Assembly (NCBI RefSeq): GCF_006345805.1
Contig: NW_021836649.1
Span: forward strand, 1-23,331
Source of the DNA: Octopus sinensis
Taxonomy: Eukaryota
Length of the DNA: 23,331 nucleotides
Direction of reading: 5' to 3'
How positions within the stretch are numbered: the first letter of the stretch is position 1; each line of letters starts with the position of its first letter. The notes below the pieces were generated by a model. The model did not search any database and was not told the DNA's origin. It saw only the letters and a list, made by a program, of their open reading frames with translations. The translations under genes and the position numbers were made by a program. This document shows positions 11,907 to 21,801 of the stretch, one piece after another.

Positions 11907-11910
<4 letters not shown>
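11331..11910. mobile_element. Non-autonomous TIR element (MITE) inserted in (TA)n
   Basis: Left end ATCGTTGCTATTATGTTAAACTGTCGTATGTCCA; reverse complement of right end ATCGTTGCTATTATGCAAAAGTATCGTAAGTCCA. The first 15 bp match perfectly, both flanks are TA repeats, and there is no coding capacity. Confidence 0.75.
11587..11802 (-). mobile_element. Full-length tRNA-derived SINE (family C) nested in the MITE, with 16-bp TSD
   Basis: Minus-strand head AAGGCGGTGCGCTGGCAGAAACGTTAGC (A box) and GAGTTCAAATTC (B box). TSD CCAACAAAGTATTATT at 11571-11586 and 11803-11818. Confidence 0.92.
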
Positions 11911-11947
<37 letters not shown>

Positions 11948-11968
11948 TATATATATATATAATATTTC

Positions 11969-12038
<70 letters not shown>

Positions 12039-12042
12039 CTAT

Positions 12043-12087
<45 letters not shown>

Positions 12088-12174
12088 ATATATTCTATAT
12101 ATATATATATTATATATCGTTGCTATTATGCAAAGTATCGTAAGCCAGAACGCTGCTTTTTTTCACCATTCCAT
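11851..12174. repeat. Inverted copies of the MITE right end (11851-11910, 12116-12174) flanking a ~205-bp (TA)n array
   Basis: ATGGAATGGTGAAAAAAAGCAACGTTCTGG...GCAACGAT versus ATCGTTGC...CCAGAACGCTGCTTTTTTTCACCATTCCAT. Confidence 0.92.
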
Positions 12175-12206
12175 TATATATATATATATGTAATAGAAAT
12201 ATTAAA

Positions 12207-12588
12207 ATTACTAAGTCTCTCTAAAGGAGATTACGGCAGGCGTTACTGGATATTAATAGTTATCGCCATACTAATATGGCAGTCTATAATATAAGACTAA
12301 AGCTGTCGCTGATTAGCTCCAAGAGCCCATCGCCTCTAGCTAGCTATATGACACACGAACCTGCGTCCATTACAACCTTCGAACAGCAAGGTGAAGCGGC
12401 TGACCTCCCCTGTTCGAAGGTTGTAATGGACGCAGGTTCGTGTGTCATATAGCTAGCTAGAGCGATGGCTTCTTGGAGCTAATCAGTGACAGCTTTAGTC
12501 TTATATTTATAGACTGCCATATTAGTATGGCGATAACTATTAATATCCAGTAACGCTGCCGTAATCTCCTTTAGAGAGACTTAGTAAT
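12207..12588. repeat. Near-perfect palindrome: 180-bp arms, 23-nt loop
   Basis: 12207-12386 is the reverse complement of 12410-12588, with about six differences counted by eye. Loop CAAGGTGAAGCGGCTGACCTCCC. Confidence 0.98.
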
Positions 12589-12597
12589 ATATATATT

Positions 12598-12959
12598 TTT
12601 CTTTTATCTTTTACTTGTGAAACATTAGACTGCGGCCATGCTGGGGCACTGCCTTGAAGAACTTCTAATCGAATATCTTGACCCCAGTTCTATTTTAATC
12701 CTGGGACTTATTCTATCGGTTCATTTTGCCGGAACACTAAGTTACACCCGTTGTGAAACTAACCCAGACACAGACACAGATATATATATACATACACACG
12801 ACGGGCTGCTTTCAGTTTCCGTCTACCAAATCCATTCACGAGGCATTGGTCGGCCCGAGCCTATAAAAAAAGACACTTGTCCAAGGTACCACGTAGTGCG
12901 ACTGAACCCGGAACCATATGGCTGGGAAGCAAGTTTCTTACCACACAGCCACGCCGGCG
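12598..12959 (-). mobile_element. Near full-length tRNA-derived SINE (family A; resembles the octopus OR/OK CORE-type SINEs)
   Basis: Minus-strand A box TGGCTGTGTGG and B-box-like GGTTCAGTC, a CORE-like CCTTGGACAAGTGTC, a central microsatellite, and 3' end CCAGCATGGCCGCAGTC...AAGTAAAAGATAAAAG. Confidence 0.85.
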
Positions 12960-13009
12960 CATGTGCGTGTATATATATATGTATATGTGTGTGTGTGTAT
13001 ATATATTTA

Positions 13010-13481
13010 TGTAATGACTAAAGAAAATGGCCTAATATTGGGGCATATAAGCCTTCGACGGAATAAAAGTAGGGTTTCCGTATACATGGGATTCGAACCC
13101 ACAACCCTTTGTTTTTCGTGACAAGTGTGTTACTATTACACTAACGTACCCCTGGTTTCTTTCCATCAGATTTAAGAACTACAATTAGTTCATAGTGTTG
13201 CTTTTTGTAAACAGACATCATGTACATTTTTCTGCGATGGTTTTTGATAAGCAGTGTCGAGTTTTACAATTCTGTAAATGATAATAATGATATTTTATAA
13301 GCTTAAAGCGTATAAGCGATCACCAACACTATGGAAGAAGCCATGGGTACGATGGCATAATGGTAACACATCGCGAAAACAAAGAGCTGTGAATTCGAGT
13401 CCCATGCGTACGGAAACCTTACTTTTCTCCGTCGAGGGCTTATATGCCCCAATATTAGACTGCTTTCTTTAAGTCCTTACA
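13010..13481. mobile_element. Divergent inverted pair of ~150-bp tRNA-like elements (13010-13170 minus, 13330-13481 plus)
   Basis: The arms are reverse complements. B boxes: GGTTCGAATCCC (13088-13099, minus) and GAATTCGAGTCC (13391-13402). A boxes: TAGTGTAATAG and TGGCATAATGG. Confidence 0.8.
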
Positions 13482-13524
13482 CGGTGATCGCTTTAGCTAT
13501 TACACGAGTCAATCAGATAGGTTT

Positions 13525-13565
13525 GTCAAACTCCTTTCGCCACTATTCGTGACCTCATCAATGAC
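13525..13565 (-). ncRNA. Degenerate minimal hammerhead-like motif
   Basis: Minus strand: GTCA-TTGATGA-G-GTCAC-GAATA-GTGGC-GAAAG-GA-GTT-TGAC. Stems I and II pair, but the core C and stem III are mutated. Confidence 0.4.
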
Positions 13566-14109
13566 GCGCCTTCTTTACTCCAAGTCTGTTTCGAGGTTTT
13601 CAGACAATGAATGTGAACAGCTAACATACTCTTTATAAATACGATCTGTAAGTGAAACAGTAAAAATATGCAAGACTTTTCTAAAGTTTAACATACAAGG
13701 GGGGGGGGCCTAAAGAAACCCGAATTTTGCAATATTATTTTATTCACTTAGTTTTACTTGTTTATACTTTTATCGTATAGCATTTTTCGTTTTTTTTTTT
13801 TATATCGAAATTACAACAGAGGGGGCTGCTTTGTCTCTTTGTCAGAAACCAGCTCCCTCTTATACGAAGAATTCAAATAATTAAAAAAAAAGTAAGAAAG
13901 ATATATATATATATATACATACGTGGTAGACCACCCAGAGGGGATATAGTTATGCATATATCGCAATCATCGGCCATGGCGAAGTAATCGGATGATTACG
14001 TTCTTTTACATGTGTTACACTAATTCTAAAGAAGTCTGTTATAAATAAATATAGTAGTTCTGTGAAACAGCCAGGTACGTACACACACGTACGAACATAC
14101 ACATGGGCA

Positions 14110-14134
14110 TAGAGACATAAGCATACGCACATAT

Positions 14135-14179
<45 letters not shown>

Positions 14180-14774
14180 CACACAACCACACAACGCACA
14201 CACACACGCACACCCACACAAACTACACAGACACACGCAACACACAAACACACACCACAACACGCACACACAACAACCACAACACACACACACCAACACA
14301 CAACAACCAACACACACCACACACACACACACCAAACACACAAAACACAAGCAGAGACACATATGAAGACAATGACACATAGAAATGCATATAAGTACTA
14401 GAAAAAAAGTAAATATAAATACGTACATAGAAGCATACAAACATACAAACAAAAATAATGCACGGCAAATATGCATGAAGACTTCCCATATCAAACACAA
14501 ACCGACTCATCATCATCATGGTTCTTTATGGTTTTGTTCACAACGGATTTCATATTTTCTTCTCTGTCTGTTCATCTGTTTGTGTATCTGTCTAACTGCG
14601 CGCACACACACACACACTCACACACACGCACGCATGTATCTTTATCTGTCCATCTCTACCTGTCTATCTTACTAGATATCAAACATGCATACACAGACAC
14701 AGACAGTCACACACACCACACACACAATATATATATATATGATATATAAAATATACATACATATTTATGATATG

Positions 14775-14814
<40 letters not shown>

Positions 14815-14951
14815 CATCTGTGTACTATCTATCTATCTATCTATCTATCATCTATCTATCTATCTATCTATCTATCTATTTATAATATATATGATATATA
14901 TATATATATACATATACATATACTTATACACCTCTCTTTCTCCTTCTCTGA

Positions 14952-14983
<32 letters not shown>

Positions 14984-15000
14984 ATATATATATGTTAAAT
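14110..15000. repeat. Degenerate (CA)n tract plus (TA)n, (CTAT)n, (CTGT)n and (CT)n microsatellites with short spacers
   Basis: Read directly from the sequence. Confidence 0.85.
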
Positions 15001-15062
15001 AAAATGAGACAACAAAACGAAGGCTGTGTGGAATTTATAGGACGTTTATAAAAAGAAAGGTA

Positions 15063-15110
15063 GACTTACACCTGTTTCTGGGATGTGAGGAATATCTCTT
15101 CATCAGAGAC
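15063..15110 (-). ncRNA. Minimal hammerhead-like motif
   Basis: Minus strand: GTCT-CTGATGA-A-GAGAT-ATTCCTCAC-ATCCC-A-GAAAC-AGGT-GTA-AGTC. The core is intact; stems I and II each carry one mismatch. Confidence 0.5.
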
Positions 15111-15493
15111 GATATGAGAGAGTTAACTAGAGGAAAATAATAGAGCTCAATATTATTTGAGTTATTTTGGAAAAGAATGGGAATAAGAAGTAAAAAAAGG
15201 GAATAAGAGAATAAAAATAAAAGTAAAAATATATGTAGGATGTTACAGTTGTAGTTCCATTATCCAAGGAAAGTGAAGTGTAGACTGGGTAGAAATGCTT
15301 CTTGTCCATGGTGTGTAAATTCCCGTTGGAGTTCATATTTTGTTATTACAAATGGATAGTGTGGAGACATGAATTCGATGTGCTGTTCATTCAAAGGGGT
15401 CTTGTGGTGTGAATGAAATTTTGAGAGAGTACTGGTAGGGGTGAGTAGATAGAGAAAAGAGAATAGATTGAATACATATCTATTTTCTTTTCT

Positions 15494-15536
<43 letters not shown>

Positions 15537-15594
15537 AAGGTAATGCTAATGCTACTTACTAACAATCCTTACCATTATTATTATTATTATTATT

Positions 15595-17031
15595 AATCAG
15601 TATTTTTATTTTTATAGCGTGCTTTCACTTCACTACCGAGCGCAGCTCTGTGTGCCTTGGGTATGTGCTGTGATTTGTTGTGATGCTCTGATGGTTATTG
15701 TATGGAAAGTGTTCTGCGTAGGACGTGTGCAGTGCCTAGTAGTGCAATTTTCTGTATGTTATATGTGTTTGTAAGTCCTGGTGTTTTTGTTATGTATTTG
15801 TCTGAATATTTTTTTATCATGCCTAATGCACCTACTATGATAGGAATGTTTCTGTTTTCAGATTCCACATTCTAGTTACCTCTATTTCCAGGTCTTTGTA
15901 TTTTGAGAGTTTCTCTATTTCTTTTAGAGACACGTTGTCATCTGCCGTATTGATACATCAATTAGAAAGCATGTTTTTCTTCATGATCTTGACAACTATA
16001 TCTGGTCTGTTGGCCTTAATTCTCTATCTGTGTGTATCGGCATATCCCAGAGTATGGTTGCTTTCTCATTTTCTGTGACCTTTTCTGGTGTGTGCCTATA
16101 CCATCTTTTTTCTGTTGTTATTCCATAATGTTGGCATAGCTTCCAATGTATGTAGGTTCCAACTCTGTCATGTCTGTGAATATATTCCTTCTTAGCCAGG
16201 ACTGGGCAGCTAGAGATAATATGATTTATTGTTTCTTGTCCATCTCCACATATTCTGCAGTTACTTGTAATATTTCTTTTCATTACATGTTTTTGGTAAT
16301 TCTGGTGGGGAGGCTTTGGTCTTGTGCTGCAATTAAATCCTCTGTTTCTGCTTTGAGTCCTGAGCTTCTCAACCATTGCTGGGATTTTTCTTTGTCTATT
16401 TCTTTTGCGTTTAGTTAGTGCAGTATTTACCATGAAGGGGCTTTTCTTGCCATCGTTTTATCATGGTTCGTTGCTGCTGTTTATTTTTGGTTTGATTTCA
16501 TTTGTTTATAGCTTTTGTTGTTTCTTATCATCTTCTTCTTCTTCTTTGTGTTATTAGGTGGTATGATTTTCTTTTTGTATTTGTCAGCTTCCTTAAATAC
16601 TGAGAACAGTTTTTGTTTTGCTCGTGTTTTGCTGCTATCTGGATCAGTTTTCCTTCCTTCTGAAGTAGGTATTTTTTGCAGCCTATGGTGGTTATTTTAT
16701 AGTAGTTTTCCAGCTGTATAGGCCTCTACCACCTTCTATACGTTGTATATATAGTCTTTCTATGTCAGATTTTGGGTGATGCATCCTAGATCCTGTCAGT
16801 ATTTTTCTTGTTTTCCTATCTATTTTGGACAGTTCATTTCGTGTCCAGTTAAGGATATTGTAGCTGTAACTTATAACTGGGACAGCTAAAGTGTTGATAC
16901 CTATTATCTTGTTTTTAGCATTGAGCTCTGTTTTTAGTATTGATCTAACTCGTCTATAATATTCTTTTTTTATTTTCTCTTTCATTTGTGTGTGTTGTGT
17001 CTTATCTAGTTCATGGATTCCTAAGTATTTA
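15595..17031 (-). mobile_element. 5'-truncated R4/Dong-clade (RLE-type) non-LTR retrotransposon
   Basis: Minus strand: KYLG; KNKIIGINTLAVPVISYS; MHHPKSDIERLY...GGRGL; zinc knuckle CRICGDGQETINHIISSC; RHDRVG; WDMPIHTD; then, across frameshifts, ANRPDIVV, LIDVS, KLSKYKDLEIEV, IVGALG and ALLGTAHVLRRTLS*. (TAA)n flanks both sides. Confidence 0.93.
15695..17031 (-). pseudogene. RT C-terminus, CCHC finger and restriction-like endonuclease, frameshifted
   Basis: ORFs 16692-16985 and 15996-16433 plus manually translated downstream frames. Stop codon at 15695-15697. Confidence 0.88.
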
Positions 17032-17100
17032 TTATTATTATTATATTATTATTATATTATTATTATTATTATTATTATTATATTATTATTATTATTATAT
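17029..17100. repeat. (TTA)n tract at the 5' junction of the R4-type LINE
   Basis: Read directly; the matching (ATT)n is at 15574-15594. Confidence 0.95.
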
Positions 17101-17247
17101 ATAAACTGGATCTCCTCCTATAAGAGTTGCGGATGAACCTACCTCACGGCAGGAAATGCATAGGAGGGCAGCAGCAACGAACTTCCTCATTCACCAAATG
17201 CCACATTACAGCGGAGGTTTCAAGTACTGAATGTGTAGCAAAGCTAA

Positions 17248-17298
17248 CGGTGGTGCTCCAGCATGACCGTAGCTCTCGAGTTGAAACTAGTTAACGAA
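17248..17298 (+). mobile_element. SINE 3'-end fragment
   Basis: GGTGGTGCTCCAGCATGACCGTAGC...GAAACTAG resembles the reverse complement of 20420-20460. Confidence 0.5.
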
Positions 17299-17311
17299 TG
17301 TTATATATATG

Positions 17312-17343
<32 letters not shown>

Positions 17344-17611
17344 CGTATGCATGTATTAGTAATTATGTTGTTAGTACGGGAGGACGAAGACACTCATTAC
17401 GCATGTCATATATGTGCTTGCGTGTGTGTGTGTATATATATATATGTACGCGCGCACGCACACACACACACACACACACACACAGCTGGGATTAATTTAG
17501 TAAAAAATTGATAAACGACGAGCATCTTGAAGAAATTTAAATATCACCATGACACCATTAGAATTAGCTTCAATATTGTTAATGTTTATCAATGTCAGAT
17601 TCGATTTGCCA

Positions 17612-17722
17612 AAAGGTGCTTCCCAACCTCATGGCTCTGGGCTCAATCTCTACTATGTTCTCGGACCGATTAAAGCCTTGTGAGTGGATTAGGTAGACGG
17701 AAACTGAAAGAAGCCCGTCGTT
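17612..17722 (+). mobile_element. SINE family A fragment with internal deletion
   Basis: GCTTCCCAACC.CATGG...AAAGCCTTGTGAGTGGATT.GGTAGACGGAAACTGAAAGAAGCCCGTCG. Confidence 0.75.
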
Positions 17723-18077
17723 CGGGTTCCAGCATTATCATTTTACGTATCTATTTCATTTTTATCCTTTCTTTCATTTTGTCATTTACTTTTAAATTTC
17801 TTCATAGCCCAACCGTCCCTTTGAACTCGTTATCTTTCCTATCTTAGCTTGCCGGGACCAAAAGTCACTTGGAAATGTTCGGGTTTTCCCAAGAACCATC
17901 TAATTGAGATTTATTGCGTGTGTCCCCTTCCTTTACCTATTCCCTCCCATCCCCATAGGTCTTTAGCCAGCAGCTGTCCATTCCTTCTTTGCACATTTCT
18001 CAAATCATCACTATCGTCAATAGCAAAACCATTGATTCGCTTCCGAACCTTATCTTCATTCTGTCTTTTAATGCTGT

Positions 18078-18288
18078 CAGGCGGAGAGCTGACAGAATCG
18101 TTTGCACGCTTTGCGGCAGTTCTTCTAGTTTTATGTTATGAGTTCAAATGCTGCTGAGAAAGACTTTACTTTTCATCATTTCGGGGGTCGATAAAATAAG
18201 TACCAGTTGAGTATTGGGGTCGATGCAATCGACTTACCTCCTCTCCACCGAAATTGCTGGCCTTGTGCCAAAATTTGAAACCATTATT
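18078..18288 (+). mobile_element. tRNA-derived SINE (family C), diverged
   Basis: AGGCGGAGAGCTGACAGAATCGTT (A box), GAGTTCAAATG (B box), GGGTCGATAAAATAAGTACCAG and GGCCTTGTGCC, matching the reverse complement of 11587-11802. Confidence 0.85.
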
Positions 18289-18324
18289 ACTATTGGTTGT
18301 TCTGCCTACATTTTACTATCCTCC

Positions 18325-18427
18325 TCTTTCTTTCTTTCTTTCTTTCTTCTTTCTTCTCTTCTTTCTTTCTTTCTTTCTTTCATTCATTCATTCATTCATT
18401 CATTCATTCGTTCTTCCTTTCTTTCCT

Positions 18428-18467
<40 letters not shown>

Positions 18468-18515
18468 TCCTTCTTCATTCATTCATTCATTCATTCATTC
18501 TTTCTTTCTTCCTTC

Positions 18516-18546
<31 letters not shown>

Positions 18547-18587
18547 TCCTTCCTTCCTTCATTCATTCATTCTTTCTTCCGTCATTC

Positions 18588-18618
<31 letters not shown>

Positions 18619-18665
18619 TCCTTCCTTCATTCATTCATTCATTCATTCTTTCTTTCTTTCTTTCT
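18325..18665. repeat. Compound (TTTC)n/(TTCA)n/(TTCC)n array with higher-order blocks
   Basis: Read directly from the sequence. Confidence 0.95.
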
Positions 18666-19169
18666 ACATCATTGTGTCTCTTCAGCCAAAGCTATGATAC
18701 AGACTAATGAATCTAACAAGAGTTTGTGCCTTTTGTTTCTAAATCCAGCAGACAAACTATTCGTTGAGGCTTACTGATGTTTGCCAACGATAAACTATGA
18801 GAATCAGAACGGTGACATACATAGTCATCCTTAATACGTTTCGGTATATTCGAACGTGAACGTGCTAATCGCTCTTGAATCTCGTCACTGGAAAATAACT
18901 TTCTTTAGATTCCACTCAGATGAAAAAAACCTCAGACCCAGGTCTTCGATCCTAGGATGTATCAGTATTTTTCATCAACTTCTTTCCTACAGCAGCAAGC
19001 CATGAACTTCTTCCTTTTTTTTCACGCAATAATCTCAGAGGTAATGAAGAAAAGTCAAGGGTGCTTCTCATTATCTCCTTACTAAGATTAACCACACCCT
19101 AGTTCTTCCATAAAACAAACACTATCAATTGCATACGGTGACAGAGATTATGTAAACATAAATGGATCT

Positions 19170-19310
19170 CTGTCGGTTCCCACAATGAGTATTCGGTTGT
19201 TTGATCAACTGAATTGCTCATTGGATGAGCGTGTAGATTGCTGAGTGTTTCACAGACATCATTTGTGCTTTACTTGTTTCAGTCATAAGACTATAGTCAT
19301 ACTGGAGCAA
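19170..19310 (-). mobile_element. Decayed SINE fragments (family B 3' part, family A 3' end)
   Basis: Weak similarity to the reverse complement of 6300-6395. TTTACTTGTTTCAGTCAT..GACT matches 20418-20440. Confidence 0.45.
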
Positions 19311-19526
19311 ACTTTTTTTTATTTTGTGTAACTTTCAAAACAAATCACTATGTCCAATCAATAATCAGTGCCTAAAGAAAAACATAATGTGTAAGTGCCC
19401 CATTACTACACTTGGTAAAGAACATGTTTACATTAGCGAGTCCTCTTTCATATTCAAACTTCGTTGAATAATCACAAGTCTCCCATCAAGGCATAAAAAT
19501 AAGGCTAAGCGTATATATATATATAT

Positions 19527-19865
19527 GTGGGGACCTCCTTCGGTCATGATTGACCATGGGATTGAACCTAGAAAGTTACCCTCCCAGGCACAAGTCCAGG
19601 CAAGGTTGTTTATAGAAGACCAGCAGTCACTCATGCATAGCAACCACCCCTCTCCACGCCACCAATGTTATCCAAGGGAAAAGCAAAGGTCGATATGGCT
19701 TGGCACCTGTGACGTCGCAACTCATTTCTACAGCTGAGTGAAATAGAGCAACGTGAAATAAAGTGTCTTGTTCAAGAACACAACACACAGCCTGGTCAGG
19801 GATTCGAACTCACAACCTCACGATCGTAAGCTCGACACTCTAACCACTGAGCCATGCGCCTTCAC
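19527..19865 (-). mobile_element. Full-length tRNA-derived SINE (family B-related head, different 3' body)
   Basis: Minus strand GTGAAGGCGCATGGCTCAGTGGTTAGAG (A box TGGCTCAGTGG) and GAGTTCGAATCC (B box). Central block shared with 6150-6220. Confidence 0.88.
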
Positions 19866-20404
19866 ATATATATACACGAAAGAATTAAAAAACACACACA
19901 GACTAACACACACGCATATACACGCGCACACGCTCAGACACACACACGCACGCATGTACTTAGTTTCTTCAAGATTAATACGTTGTATGAACAACGTATT
20001 TTGGTTGTGTTGTTGATGTGCGTGCGGGATTGTCGAAATCTTTAATCTCTTCTGCTGACGTTTTTTTTAAAAATCTTCGCTGACTTTGTGTAAAGGTTTA
20101 CAGTTTCTTGAAGTTAGGTTGTCTCCTTGTCTCGAAAGACTCGTCCACTAAGATTTTAGACTCATTAAAACACCGAAATGTTTATCCCAAACCAGTCTGT
20201 CCACCTGTGTAATTCTTTTGGTGACTTTTAAAATATCAATTTGTTTATATTGTATTTGTTACCTTATTTCTTGTTATTTTACTTAAATTAAGGATGGTAA
20301 ATTGCTTAATTTTCTCCCTGGTACCTCAAATTAATTGATTTCATGACATTCATAAGGGAAATGGTATTTTTCTAAAATGCATGGCACCACAATATGTCTT
20401 TGCT

Positions 20405-20623
20405 CTTTTATTCTTCTATTTGTTTCAGTCATTTGACTGCGGCCATGCTAGAGCACCACTTTTAATCGAACAAATCGACTCCAGGACTTTGTAAGCGTAG
20501 TACTTATTCTATCGGTTCCTTTCGCCAAACCGCTATGTTACAGGGACGTAAACACACCAGCATCGGTTTCAAGCGATGTTGGGGGACAAACACAGACACA
20601 CAAACATATACATACATACATAC

Positions 20624-20654
<31 letters not shown>

Positions 20655-21124
20655 TGTATGTATGTATGTATGTATGTATGTATGTATGTATATATGTATG
20701 TATATACGTACCTACACACACACACACACACCACACACACGCATACACACACACACACACACACACACATTTTTTTTCTCTCCTTCTTTCTGTGTTTTTC
20801 TCTCTGTGTGTATCTTTCTGTTGAAGAGCGTAGGCTCGAAACGTTAAAGACTTGTTTTATTTATATTTCCTGAGCGCCATACTAATACAATTGTTCGTTT
20901 GTCTTCCACCTGCCTTCGTCTTTTGTTTATTTTCATAAAGCTTCCCGTTATATATATATACGACAGGGTTCTTTCAGTTTCCGTCTCCCAAATCTACTCA
21001 CAAGGCTTTGGTCGGCTGGAGGCTATAGTAGAAGACACTTGCACAAGGTGCCATGCAGTGGGACTGAACCCGGAACCATGTGCTTGGTAAGCAAACTACT
21101 TACCACACAGCCACTCCTGCGCCT
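20405..21124 (-). mobile_element. SINE family A split into 3' half (20405-20600) and 5' half (20960-21124) by microsatellite and a nested element
   Basis: Both halves are collinear with the copy at 12598-12959. A box TGGCTGTGTGG lies near 21103-21113. Confidence 0.85.
20770..20950 (+). mobile_element. Short TA-anchored non-autonomous element carrying a minimal hammerhead-like motif (Penelope-like derivative)
   Basis: TCTTT-CTGTTGA-A-GAGC-GTAG-GCTC-GAAAC-GTT-AAAGA at 20813-20850. Homologous inverted copy at 21588-21750. Confidence 0.65.
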
Positions 21125-21469
21125 ACTTTACTTTTACTGACCAAATCAATGGAATTTTGTCTACTTTTGGCCTTCCATACATTGTAAATATAAAAAATGA
21201 ATTTTGTGTGTATATTTAGAGTTGAACTGTTTCTGTAACCATGATATATTGGTAATCTAATGAGCTAGTTTCTTTCACTTGCATTAACTTGTGAACATAA
21301 AATTGGATTGTATAATGCTGAGCAGACATATTAATGTAAACATGTATGCAGAATTTCTTATATACTGAAATTAATGCTAAATGAAAAAAGGCTGCGAAAC
21401 GGTTGTAATCACATGAATGTCATGTAGTTAAATAAATTTACCTTCACTTCTCACACCTCCCGACTTTAT

Positions 21470-21530
21470 GCTTTATATATATATATTTATACACATACAT
21501 ACATACATCATACATACATACATACATACA

Positions 21531-21564
<34 letters not shown>

Positions 21565-21590
21565 CATACATACATACATACATATGTATA
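21470..21590. repeat. (TA)n/(CATA)n microsatellite
   Basis: Read directly from the sequence. Confidence 0.95.
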
Positions 21591-21750
21591 GTGGGAATTT
21601 ACAAAGAAATAAAAGACGAAGACGGGTGTGTAAACAGCAAACAGATGTATAAGTTTAACGATCCGGAAGTGAGAAAGTCTTTTACGTTTCGAGCCTACGC
21701 TCTTCGACAAGGAACACAGAAATAAACAGGAGAGAGAAATGAAAAAAAAA
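21588..21750 (-). mobile_element. Second copy of the hammerhead-bearing short element, inverted
   Basis: Minus strand TTGTCGA-A-GAGC-GTAG-GCTC-GAAAC-GTA-AAAGAC (about 21678-21711). AAAAGACGAAG.C.GGTG is shared with the reverse complement of 20905-20925. Confidence 0.65.
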
Positions 21751-21801
21751 TCAGGTTTAGTGGCTTGCGATCTGTCATGGCGAAATATATATATACATAT
21801 A

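Noticed and set aside
13075-13410. Functional tRNA genes
   Set aside because: A/B boxes and T arm are present, but I cannot build a proper 7-nt anticodon loop or full acceptor stem; treated as tRNA-derived repeats.
13692-13725. TACAAGGGGGGGGGGCCTAAAGAAACCCGAA resembling a mariner TIR
   Set aside because: No partner TIR or transposase sequence nearby.
17900-18060. Possible minus-strand exon (NEDKVRKRINGFAIDD...)
   Set aside because: Acceptor lacks a pyrimidine tract and the peptide is unrecognised.
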